From Candidatus Parvarchaeota archaeon (GTDB lineage Archaea; Nanobdellota; Nanobdellia; Parvarchaeales; Parvarchaeaceae), in the NCBI GenBank assembly GCA_030044235.1, contig JASHWD010000102.1, positions 1-28,332 on the forward strand: a DNA stretch of 28,332 bases, in the 5' to 3' direction. Within the stretch, counting starts at the first letter, position 1; every line of letters starts with the position of its first letter. The notes beneath the pieces were generated by a model. It was given only the letters and a program-made list of their open reading frames with translations. It was not told the DNA's origin and made no database searches. Positions 17,915 to 26,917 of the stretch are shown here, in pieces. A program made the position numbers and the translations under genes.

Positions 17915-17938
17915 TTAACTTATTAATAAGATAGAAAT

Positions 17939-18316
17939 ATGTCAAAAAGCACTGCGCCGAGTTTAAAGAAACGCGGAGGCGGATTTAAATCTAAATATAG
18001 GGATAAGAGAAAAAGTGAATCAATAGAAGTACCTATACCGACACAAATTGGCGAGGAAAAGAAAAATTCTGTAAGGACTGTCGGAGGGCACAGAAAAATA
18101 AGGCTTCTTAAGATAAAAACTGGTAACTTATTCGATGCAAAAGCAAAGACGTTCACAAAGGTAGAACTTCTTAAAGTAGTAGAAAACGCCGCAAATAGAT
18201 CCTATGCCAGAAGAAATATACTAACTAAAGGTTCAGTGGTAGAAACTTCAGGAGGAAAGGCTTTGGTTATAAATCGGCCTGGTCAAAGCGGGCAAGTTAC
18301 TCTAAAGAAGATTTGA
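17939..18316 (+). CDS. rps8e: 30S ribosomal protein S8e
   Basis: RTVGGHRKIRL, VVENAANRSYARRNILTKG, GKALVINRPGQSGQV. Confidence 0.95.
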   Translation: MSKSTAPSLKKRGGGFKSKYRDKRKSESIEVPIPTQIGEEKKNSVRTVGGHRKIRLLKIKTGNLFDAKAKTFTKVELLKVVENAANRSYARRNILTKGSVVETSGGKALVINRPGQSGQVTLKKI

Positions 18317-18385
18317 GTGACTAAGTTATTATAAGAAGCGGATGCTCTTAATATTTATTGATTATAATTTTAATTAATCTAAAAT

Positions 18386-20677
18386 ATGCAGGTAGAAACT
18401 AAAAAATACGATTCATTTATAAATAAACATAAGAAAGCAATAATAATATTTTGGCTTGCTGTGTTTATAATATCAATACCATTTGCAACCAAGCTTTTCT
18501 CTGTCGTTTCATACAACATAACCGGGAATTCTAATTCGACGAATGTTTCGGGCAATTCTACATCACAGCAGGTCTTATTAATAGTTCAGAATAATGACAC
18601 CTATTCTAATTCTACAAAGACTTTTCTTACGCAACTTAGCGCGGATTTTCCAAATGGAAACTTTACATCAATATACAGTGTAGAAAATAACCTCTTAAAC
18701 CAAACTTATTATGAATTAGAGGGAGATGCAATAAAATACGAGCAGCTTTATTTAATTACTAATCCAAACTCATCGATTACTTCCGGCGTTCTTGCAAATA
18801 TCTCTTTAGAGATATACGATAATTTCCTTATGTCAGTGAACTCTTCTTCTGTTGAGCAGCTGATGACAGGTCCAACGCTAATTTCTTTTGTTAGCGGCAT
18901 TGTTAGAAATTATTCAAATTCTACTCCGATTTCGATCTACGATAATTATAACTTTCCTAACTATCCCGTGATGCCGTCTAAGTCGGTAAGTGCTGAGCTA
19001 GTAGACTCAGGAGAAAACTTGACTTTAGTATCTATGAGCACATACAATTATTCGAACGCGTCTTCTTTTTTAAATAAATTTGCGAGTGATTCTGATGAGA
19101 AGGTCTACGTAACTGGCGCTCAAGCTCTAGGTAATTCTATACAAACAAGCACTCTTATCGGGAGTCTACTGGCAATATTGCTTGGACTAATAATTGCAAT
19201 AGTAATAACCGGCATAATCTTCAGGTCGTATGTTGCAGCTTTCGTGCCATTGCTTATATTCATTGTAAATATAGTTATATCTTACTCGCTTTTTTACATT
19301 ATATTTAAGTCCATTCTAAATACTACAATCTCTTTCTTCGATCCTGTTTTAACATCTATATTGATGCTCGGCCTATCTACTGATTATATAATTTATATAT
19401 TATACCGCTATAGACAAGAGAGACTTAATAAAGAAAAACAAGAAAAGGCGGCTAGCATGGCATTTGGATGGGCCGGCGGTGCCGTTTTTGTAAGCGGCTT
19501 AACAGTTATAAGCGCATACATAGTCCTTTCCTTTTTTAATCTGCCATTCATAGGCGGCTCCGGAATACTTAATGCAGTTGGTATAAGCGTGGTATTACTT
19601 TCAGGAGTTACACTCCTGCCTGCGATTCTGCACCTAAGAGGGGACAAACTTATTAACACAAAAGCTAAAACTTTTAGAATCGGCACATTTTTTGACAAAA
19701 TTGCATCATTTGATAAGAAATATGCAAAAGAAATAATAATCGCTTTTATATTAATTGCGGCGCTGTGTTTTTACGTTTTTGTCACAGTAACTCCGGATTT
19801 TAATATAATCAGTTTGCTACCAAGCTCTTCGGCAACCGCCTCTTTCTCTGTAACTACAAATAACTTTGGTTACGACGTTATAGACCCGGTTTACTTGAGT
19901 TTTTTAAACCATAGTCAAACTGGATCTATGACTACCTCTATAATAAATGGCATAAAAAACGTAGCGGGTGTATACTCTGTGGTATCTACCGGCAATAATA
20001 TTAGCGGAAACTATGACATATACTTTAAAAATTTTGTATTCACCGGTCAGGGAGTTACTACGTATAATAATTTAAACTCTTATCTAGAAGGTTCTGGGGT
20101 TAAATACAATTTGAGTGGCACCGCCACCTTTGTTTCTAGTTCATACAATGCGATAGAAAACGACGTATACCCATTAATTATAATACTTGGGATAATCATC
20201 TTCATAATATTGTTTATTATATTATTTTCGATAATAACGCCTGCGAGGTTAGTTCTAATGCTCTTCTCAATACTTTTAATCGCTAATTCGCTGACAGTAT
20301 TTATTTTCTATTTTTTATTGGCGCTTCCATTTATAGTTATAGCACAAGTTTTTCTAATAATAAACATAATGGGCGTTGGAGTTGACTATGATATATTTTT
20401 AGTTATGAGAATAAGGGAGCACGTTAAAAAAGGGGAGACAAACGAACAGGCTATAAGGGCCGGAATATCAAAAAGCGGCCCGATAATAATAAGCATAGGC
20501 GCGATATTGTCTTCCGTTTTCTTCGGTTTAGCTGCGAGCGGCATCCCTCTATTAGCGGAGATAGGGTTCATAGTAGGAGCTGGCATACTTATAGATACTT
20601 TTGTTTCTATACTTGTTATAATCCCTTCTTTTATGTTTTTATTATCTAAATATAACTGGTGGCCGAGTAAAATATAA
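18386..20677 (+). CDS. MMPL/RND-family membrane transporter
   Basis: Two repeats of TM + large loop + five TM; GLSTDYIIYILYRY and GVGVDYDIFLVMRIRE motifs. Confidence 0.9.
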   Translation: MQVETKKYDSFINKHKKAIIIFWLAVFIISIPFATKLFSVVSYNITGNSNSTNVSGNSTSQQVLLIVQNNDTYSNSTKTFLTQLSADFPNGNFTSIYSVENNLLNQTYYELEGDAIKYEQLYLITNPNSSITSGVLANISLEIYDNFLMSVNSSSVEQLMTGPTLISFVSGIVRNYSNSTPISIYDNYNFPNYPVMPSKSVSAELVDSGENLTLVSMSTYNYSNASSFLNKFASDSDEKVYVTGAQALGNSIQTSTLIGSLLAILLGLIIAIVITGIIFRSYVAAFVPLLIFIVNIVISYSLFYIIFKSILNTTISFFDPVLTSILMLGLSTDYIIYILYRYRQERLNKEKQEKAASMAFGWAGGAVFVSGLTVISAYIVLSFFNLPFIGGSGILNAVGISVVLLSGVTLLPAILHLRGDKLINTKAKTFRIGTFFDKIASFDKKYAKEIIIAFILIAALCFYVFVTVTPDFNIISLLPSSSATASFSVTTNNFGYDVIDPVYLSFLNHSQTGSMTTSIINGIKNVAGVYSVVSTGNNISGNYDIYFKNFVFTGQGVTTYNNLNSYLEGSGVKYNLSGTATFVSSSYNAIENDVYPLIIILGIIIFIILFIILFSIITPARLVLMLFSILLIANSLTVFIFYFLLALPFIVIAQVFLIINIMGVGVDYDIFLVMRIREHVKKGETNEQAIRAGISKSGPIIISIGAILSSVFFGLAASGIPLLAEIGFIVGAGILIDTFVSILVIIPSFMFLLSKYNWWPSKI

Positions 20678-20679
20678 TT

Positions 20680-21444
20680 ATGTTAGAAGCGTTTAAGAAC
20701 CTGTTCAGAAGAAAATCATCCGAAAAATTAATCTATTCATCAAAAGAAGGCGATGATACGATTTCTGTAGTTGAGAACGACGAGGAGAGATCAGTTAAAC
20801 TTAACAATATAACTTATTCTAGACTTAACAAAAAGTCTATTTATACAAATTCTTATTGGGACTATTTTATTCCTTTGCCGGCACTTTATAAGAAACCTAA
20901 AATTCTTATGATAGGTCTAGGAGGAGGAACTATAGCATTCCAACTCAAGAAAATATTTGGTGAGAAGGTTTCTATAGATATTATAGAATTAAGTAAAAAA
21001 ATGGTTGAGGCATCAAAATACTTCCTTCCGAAGAAATTAACCGGTGTAAAAATTATTATAGAAGACGGAGCTAGCTATATTAAAACAAAAACCGACTATT
21101 ACGACATAATAATCCTAGATGCATACGAGGGCGACCATATCCCCTCTGTTTTTCTTGCAAATGAATTTGCAGCAGATGTGAACAAAGCATTAAAGAACAA
21201 TGGCGTGTTCGCTGTAAATTATGCTCTAAGCTTAAGTGCACTTGTATACTTAGAACATTATCTAAAAGACTTAAGAAAGTTATTCAATGTTTATACTATA
21301 AATAATCCTTTTACTTCAGGGAATATGTTAATCTTAGGCTCAAAAAGCTTCAATAGAGACGAAATTCTAAAGAAAATAAAAGAAGACTTCAAAGAAAATG
21401 ACGAAAATAAAACGGTACTTATGGGCTACAGAGAGATGACATAA
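20680..21444 (+). CDS. Spermidine synthase-like class I SAM-binding protein (probable methyltransferase)
   Basis: ILMIGLGGGT, IDIIE, EDGASY, DIIILDAY, GVFAVN. Confidence 0.8.
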   Translation: MLEAFKNLFRRKSSEKLIYSSKEGDDTISVVENDEERSVKLNNITYSRLNKKSIYTNSYWDYFIPLPALYKKPKILMIGLGGGTIAFQLKKIFGEKVSIDIIELSKKMVEASKYFLPKKLTGVKIIIEDGASYIKTKTDYYDIIILDAYEGDHIPSVFLANEFAADVNKALKNNGVFAVNYALSLSALVYLEHYLKDLRKLFNVYTINNPFTSGNMLILGSKSFNRDEILKKIKEDFKENDENKTVLMGYREMT

Positions 21445-21446
21445 AC

Positions 21447-22907
21447 ATGGATTTTAATAAGCCTAAATTCTCAAGGATTTCTGACACGATTTGGGAGATA
21501 AATAAAACATTCAAAGAAGGCATGTTGGTGCCGGCTAGAATGTATGCAACAGAAAAACTTCTAAAAGAAATGGATTCACAGGTATTCGATCAGATAGCAA
21601 ATGTCGCATCCCTCCCTGGGATACAAAACTACGCTTTTGGAATGCCAGATGCACATTCCGGATATGGCTTTCCAATAGGCGGCGTCGCAGCTTTTGACAT
21701 AAATAGAGGAGGAATTATCTCGCCCGGCGGAATAGGTTTTGACATAAATTGCGGAATGAGATTAGTGCTAACAGATCTTACAGTAGATCAGGTTAGACCA
21801 AGAATAAAAGAACTTACCGATAGCCTCTTTAAATCTATCCCGGCAGGTGTTGGAAGCCAAAGCAAAATAAAGTTAACAAAGGAAGATTTCAAGGAGATAG
21901 CGACGCTTGGTTCTGCCTGGGCGATTAAAAAAGGATATGGCTGGAAGGAAGATCTAAAAGTAACCGAATTAAACGGCTCGGCGGATTGGGCCGACGCTTC
22001 AAAAATTTCTGATAAGGCAATCTCCAGGGGAATAAAACAAATGGGAACCCTTGGCTCTGGTAATCACTATTTAGAAATTCAGTATATAAAGCCCGGTTTT
22101 ATAAACGACCGTAAACTTGCTAAGAAATGGGGGCTCTTTGACGGACAAATAGTAATAATGTTCCACTGTGGGTCGAGAGGTGCGGGCCACCAGATAGCAA
22201 CTGATTACTTGAGCTCTTTTCTTGGGGTTATGGAAAGAAAATATAAGATTAAGGTTTATGATAAAGAACTAGCCTGTGCACCATTTGATTCAAAAGAAGG
22301 TCAGGATTATTATAAAGCTATGGCTTGCGGGGTGAATATAAGTTTCTTTAACAGACAGCTTATAATGAATAAAATACGAGATTCGTTCTCAGATATATTC
22401 AAAAAAGACCCAGAAAAACTGGGTATGTACCAGTTATTTGATGTAGCCCATAATCGTGCTTCTTTAGAAAAACACCAAGTAGATGGAGAAATGAAAGATT
22501 TACTTGTGCACAGAAAAGGAAGTACAGCATCATATCCATCCGGACGCAAGGAGATACCGAAGACTTTCATTAAAGACGGTTCGCCGGTTATAATTGGGGG
22601 AAGCATGGAAACCGGTTCTTATCTCCTAGTTGGATCAGAAAATGCAAAAGAAACTTTTGACTCAACGGCGCATGGCAGTGGCAGGACTATGAGTAGAACT
22701 AAGGCAAAAAAGATTTTTAATGGTCAAGAACTTTTCAAAAAGATGCTAAGCAATGGAATATATGTAAAAAGCGCATCTTGGTCCGGTTTAGCTGAAGAGA
22801 GCGGTGAGAGCTACAAAGATTTAGAAGAAGTTGTAAATTCGACAGAACTTTCTGGTCTCTCAAGACGTGTTTGTAAATTCGCTCCTATCGGGAACGTGAA
22901 AGGCTAA
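21447..22907 (+). CDS. rtcB: RNA-splicing/repair ligase RtcB
   Basis: PDAHSGYGFPIG, GFDINCG, GNHYLE, HCGSRG, HRKG, STAHGSGR. Confidence 0.97.
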   Translation: MDFNKPKFSRISDTIWEINKTFKEGMLVPARMYATEKLLKEMDSQVFDQIANVASLPGIQNYAFGMPDAHSGYGFPIGGVAAFDINRGGIISPGGIGFDINCGMRLVLTDLTVDQVRPRIKELTDSLFKSIPAGVGSQSKIKLTKEDFKEIATLGSAWAIKKGYGWKEDLKVTELNGSADWADASKISDKAISRGIKQMGTLGSGNHYLEIQYIKPGFINDRKLAKKWGLFDGQIVIMFHCGSRGAGHQIATDYLSSFLGVMERKYKIKVYDKELACAPFDSKEGQDYYKAMACGVNISFFNRQLIMNKIRDSFSDIFKKDPEKLGMYQLFDVAHNRASLEKHQVDGEMKDLLVHRKGSTASYPSGRKEIPKTFIKDGSPVIIGGSMETGSYLLVGSENAKETFDSTAHGSGRTMSRTKAKKIFNGQELFKKMLSNGIYVKSASWSGLAEESGESYKDLEEVVNSTELSGLSRRVCKFAPIGNVKG

Positions 22908-22910
22908 TAT

Positions 22911-23342
22911 ATGGGATACAGATTCTTAGAAGATTTTTCTATAGCGGATGTAGTCTTTGAGGTAGATAGTAAAACTCTAAATGGATTGTTTGGATACGCA
23001 TCCGATGCGCTTGTAAATACCCTAATAAAAAATGTGAAGGATATAAAACTAAAAAATAAAAAATCCTTCAAAGTAAATGGGGACTCATTGGATTTGCTTT
23101 TAGTCGAGTACTTGAATAGGCTAATCTTCTATAAAGACACAGAACAGTTAATCTTCAGGGAAGCGGTGATTAACGTAGAAAAAGATTCAGACTCGTGGAG
23201 AGCGGATTGCGATTTGCGAGGAGAAAAACTTGATCCCAAACGACATGAAATGTCTGTAGACGTTAAGGCTGCTACTATGCACATGTTAAAATTAGAAGAA
23301 AATAAATCCGGATGGAGCGCGAGAGTAGTTCTTGATATATAA
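22911..23342 (+). CDS. Archease (RtcB cofactor)
   Basis: N-terminal IADV and C-terminal DVKAATMH...VVLDI; directly after rtcB. Confidence 0.93.
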   Translation: MGYRFLEDFSIADVVFEVDSKTLNGLFGYASDALVNTLIKNVKDIKLKNKKSFKVNGDSLDLLLVEYLNRLIFYKDTEQLIFREAVINVEKDSDSWRADCDLRGEKLDPKRHEMSVDVKAATMHMLKLEENKSGWSARVVLDI

Positions 23343-24462
23343 TGTGGAAAGATACGGTTTAAGCATACATTATGGAGAAATTGCGCTTAAAGGCAAACTT
23401 AGGCCTCGATTCGAAAAGCAATTGCGAGAGAACATAAGATACGAGACCGGCTCTTTACCAAGCACCACTGATAATCGCCTCCTAATGGACAAGACAGACG
23501 AAGAAACAAAAAATCTCTTAAAAATGACCCCGGGTGTTTCATGGTTTGGAGATGCGGTGATAATAGACAGAGACGAAAAGTTGCTTCTGGAAAACTTAAA
23601 AAATATTATTTCAACTTATGGTTCTTCCGTAAACTTGGACGTAAAAAGAATAGACAAAAAATTTGAAAATACATCTCTAGAATTAAAAGAAAAAATAGCA
23701 AAGACCTTAGGAATGCATTTCGATCCACATGAGTACAAATTAAGAGTAGAAATAATGCCAAAAAATTATATAATAAACTATTCTATACAGCGAGGAATCG
23801 GCGGGGTGCCAGTTGGAAGCGCTGGAAAGGTAATTTCATTGTTCTCTGGCGGAATAGACTCAGCTGTAGTTCCTTTCGAAATGATGAAACGAGGATGTAG
23901 CGTAGACCTTCTACACGTATATGCGTTGCCGACTAGAGATGCTGTAATCAACAGCAAAATCGTTGATTTGGCTAAAAAAATATCTAGTATAGCACCAACA
24001 CGATTATTTCTAGTTCCTTTCCATTTCTTTGGTCTTAAGGTTATGGAAATCGATTCGCGTTATGAGCTAGTCTTATTCAAAAGGTTCTTGCTAAAACTAG
24101 CTGAAAGACTTGCAAAGGAGTATGGATACAAAGGAATAGCGACAGGAGATTCTCTTTCGCAGGTTGCATCACAGACTTTAGACAATATAAACGCGATAAG
24201 TTACGGCTTTGATATTCCTATATTCAGGCCTTTGCTTACTTACAATAAAGAAGAGATAATCAATAAGGCAAAGATGTATGGAACTTATGATACCTCCATA
24301 AAAGATTATAAAGACTGTTGCTCGATAGTATCAAAAAGACCTGCTACTGCTGCAAATCTGCTTAAGATAAAAACCCTAGAAGCACAAATCAATTTGGATA
24401 AAATTGTAAATGAATGTCTATCTAAGTTACAGACAGAAGATTTTACCAGAAAATTACGCTAA
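23332..24462 (+). CDS. thiI: tRNA 4-thiouridine(8) synthase ThiI (THUMP + PP-loop, no rhodanese domain); start uncertain (TTG 23332 or GTG 23344)
   Basis: YGEIALKG, FSGGIDS PP-loop, TGDSLSQVASQTL, IFRPL, DCC. Confidence 0.93.
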   Translation: MIYNVERYGLSIHYGEIALKGKLRPRFEKQLRENIRYETGSLPSTTDNRLLMDKTDEETKNLLKMTPGVSWFGDAVIIDRDEKLLLENLKNIISTYGSSVNLDVKRIDKKFENTSLELKEKIAKTLGMHFDPHEYKLRVEIMPKNYIINYSIQRGIGGVPVGSAGKVISLFSGGIDSAVVPFEMMKRGCSVDLLHVYALPTRDAVINSKIVDLAKKISSIAPTRLFLVPFHFFGLKVMEIDSRYELVLFKRFLLKLAERLAKEYGYKGIATGDSLSQVASQTLDNINAISYGFDIPIFRPLLTYNKEEIINKAKMYGTYDTSIKDYKDCCSIVSKRPATAANLLKIKTLEAQINLDKIVNECLSKLQTEDFTRKLR

Positions 24463-24502
24463 AAGAAGCTATTTTAACTAGTAAAAGTCTATTAAAATAA
24501 CA

Positions 24503-24877
24503 ATGGAACAGAATTACGATAGTCTTGGTGAAGAACTAAAGGTAACTTACGCCTCTATAGACGAAAGCACGAAAAGAGCAAACGAAGCGATAGAAGCGTC
24601 CCAAAAGAGTCTAGATTTCGCTTTTAGCAGAAACTCGGAATATTCTAGAAATACGATTAGTGAAAGAATTGGAACGGCTAATCTAGCAATAGCAACATCA
24701 GCAAGAAATTTAGACGCGCTCCTAAATGGAAAGCCTATTAAGGTAACGCCTTTAACAGCGAAAAATGATTATTCTGAAAGCGCAACTCCTAAAAAGTATT
24801 TTTATACCGGCCTTGGCAACAGTCTACGCTCTAGCTTTAGTAAGCTTGCAAGTTATATTCATAAAAAGGATGCATAA
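24503..24877 (+). CDS. Hypothetical protein, 124 aa
   Basis: ATG ORF that fills the gap between thiI and the convergent glycosylase; no motif recognised. Confidence 0.6.
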   Translation: MEQNYDSLGEELKVTYASIDESTKRANEAIEASQKSLDFAFSRNSEYSRNTISERIGTANLAIATSARNLDALLNGKPIKVTPLTAKNDYSESATPKKYFYTGLGNSLRSSFSKLASYIHKKDA

Positions 24878-24913
24878 AATCTCTAAATATCACCGCTTGT
24901 GATAATTTTAAAG

Positions 24914-25744
24914 TTACTTTATTTTGTTTAGTCTCGAATAATTATATATAAATAATTGCGCGTATCCAGCATATTTTCCAAAATAGTTGACCATTGCTTG
25001 ACGCTTAGATTTATAATTTTTAGCGCCGTTTAGAATATGATTATATTCTTTTGTCAATATCCTGAACATCCACACATCCATTGGGAAGGCGCTTAAATCG
25101 TGGAGACCATAAAGTAAAATGCAGTCTAAAACCTTTTCTCCAACTCCTTTTATGTCTAATAGGCGATCTCTAAGATCTTCGGTTCCTAAAGATTCTGATA
25201 ACTCATGTTTATAAAAATATTCTGCTGCGGATAAGACAAACTTTGTTCTAAATCCTAGCTTTTGATTTTTTAGAGCCTCTAAACCCCCTTCTTTTATTTC
25301 GGTATAATTTGGAAAGCTGTAGAAAGTTTTGCCGTCTAAATCTGATTCTCGTCCGTAAGTTCTTGAAAGCGAGGATATTCTTCTGAGTATAAGAGGGATA
25401 TTTGACTGAATTGATAAAATGAAGCTAAGAGTCGCTGGCCATAAACCATCGTTTATAACCCTCAATGTTCCTGAATATTCAATTGCCTTATCCAAGAAAT
25501 CGTCCTTGTCTAATTCCGCTCTTATTGATATTATATCGTCGCTTAAGCCTAATCTTTTTTTTATTTCATCTTCGCTTCCGCCGTAGTATTCTATTTTATC
25601 CCCTACTTGTTTTAATATTATTGGCTTTCCTATAAACGAAACCCATTTATCTTCTCTCTTTTCCCAAGAAAATGTCTGACCGGCGCTAAGAGTCTTGTCA
25701 AGAGAAAAGTCATTAACTGTAAATTCCATATTTAGGTCAATCAA
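24914..25744 (-). CDS. 8-oxoguanine DNA glycosylase, Ogg1/AlkA-type HhH-GPD (start TTG 25744 or ATG 25729)
   Basis: TLSAGQTFSW N-terminal OGG domain, LGFRTKF, HhH LLDIKGVGEKVLDC, AFPMDVW, AGYAQ. Confidence 0.9.
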   Translation of the reverse strand: MIDLNMEFTVNDFSLDKTLSAGQTFSWEKREDKWVSFIGKPIILKQVGDKIEYYGGSEDEIKKRLGLSDDIISIRAELDKDDFLDKAIEYSGTLRVINDGLWPATLSFILSIQSNIPLILRRISSLSRTYGRESDLDGKTFYSFPNYTEIKEGGLEALKNQKLGFRTKFVLSAAEYFYKHELSESLGTEDLRDRLLDIKGVGEKVLDCILLYGLHDLSAFPMDVWMFRILTKEYNHILNGAKNYKSKRQAMVNYFGKYAGYAQLFIYNYSRLNKIK

Positions 25745-25794
25745 ATTAATATAAAATGATAGCTATATAGCTTTAATGATTTTATAAGATATAT

Positions 25795-25877
25795 GCTGGG
25801 TTGGCTGAGCGGTTAAAGCGTCGGTCTTGAGAACCGATTTCCGTAAGGATGCGTAGGTTCGAATCCTGCACCCAGCG
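25795..25877 (+). tRNA. tRNA-Ser(UGA), long variable arm, CCA not encoded
   Basis: Acceptor GCTGGGT/ACCCAGC plus G73; anticodon arm TCGGT-CTTGAGA-ACCGA; T arm GTAGG-TTCGAAT-CCTGC. Confidence 0.96.
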
Positions 25878-25907
25878 TTTTAAATTATTCTATTTATAAT
25901 GCTTTTT

Positions 25908-26228
25908 CTAAACTGCCACTATAGACGCTTTACTCACTTTTTCATTTCTAAAAATAACTCCATCTTTAAGTAGCTTGTTCCTTTTGACTATAAGGGTCTT
26001 AGAATTGGTTTTGCCGTTAATTGTATAGCCACAAAGACTGCCATCCGAGCTAACTACTTTATAGCAAGGATACTCAATTGGATGATCATTTTTGCTCAGT
26101 ATCCTGCCTACCTGCCGCGGATTTAATCCCAATTTTTGGGCGATGTTTCCATACGTAGTTACTTTACCTTTAGGTATCCTTTGTAATAATCTATAAACCT
26201 TTTCGTCTACATCGTTTATTTCATTCAT
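25908..26228 (-). CDS. MGMT/ATL-family protein (C-terminal domain only) with a variant active-site motif
   Basis: IPKGKVTTYG, PRQVG, N-hinge and PCYKV in place of PCHRV. Confidence 0.88.
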   Translation of the reverse strand: MNEINDVDEKVYRLLQRIPKGKVTTYGNIAQKLGLNPRQVGRILSKNDHPIEYPCYKVVSSDGSLCGYTINGKTNSKTLIVKRNKLLKDGVIFRNEKVSKASIVAV

Positions 26229-26917
26229 AAATTTTCGTCTATATCTTTTACTATTTCATTTTCTGTTTTTATTTCTTTAACGCCAAGCTTTTCGAACCAG
26301 TTATTTATATTCTTTATGTCTCTAAAAAGGAACTCTTTTGTAAAGCTGCTTAATTTTAATGCCTGAGAGAAATCTATCAAGTATGGCTCTCCATTAAAGT
26401 TAAGAATGTTATAAGGACTTAAGTCTCCGTGTACAAAACCACGTTTCCCCATTTTTATTATAAAATCCATAATTTTCTTATACCACATTTGCAATTCAAA
26501 GTTTGTATCTTTTATTGCTAGTCTTGCCGGAATTCCATTTTTGCCTATAAACTGCATCACTATAACGTTTTTGAAGAGGCGATAAGGTTCCGGCGCATTT
26601 ACACTTGCATTAAACGCCCTAGATTGGAAGGTGAATTCATATCTTGTCCAATCATCTATCCTTTTAAGGAAGCCACCGCTTTTTGTACCCCTGAATTTAA
26701 GATATGCAGGTATTTTTTTGAACGACCCTATATTATGCCTATGTATTTTTACGGCAACTTCTCTTTTTTGATAATCCGTGCTTAAAAAAACGTATGATTC
26801 TTTTCCGGATCCTATAGGGCCGATTAATTGATTTATGTACCCGGCGCTTTCAAGTTTTCTTATATTATATATAGTATCTTGATCAAATACGTGGAGATAA
26901 GTTTTAAGATCCGGCAT
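26225..26917 (-). CDS. rio1: RIO1-family serine/threonine kinase/ATPase
   Basis: [32 protein letters not shown]. Confidence 0.92.
   Translation of the reverse strand: MPDLKTYLHVFDQDTIYNIRKLESAGYINQLIGPIGSGKESYVFLSTDYQKREVAVKIHRHNIGSFKKIPAYLKFRGTKSGGFLKRIDDWTRYEFTFQSRAFNASVNAPEPYRLFKNVIVMQFIGKNGIPARLAIKDTNFELQMWYKKIMDFIIKMGKRGFVHGDLSPYNILNFNGEPYLIDFSQALKLSSFTKEFLFRDIKNINNWFEKLGVKEIKTENEIVKDIDENL

Noticed and set aside
21447-23342. rtcB-archease adjacency as a new system
   Set aside because: An established, widely conserved gene pair
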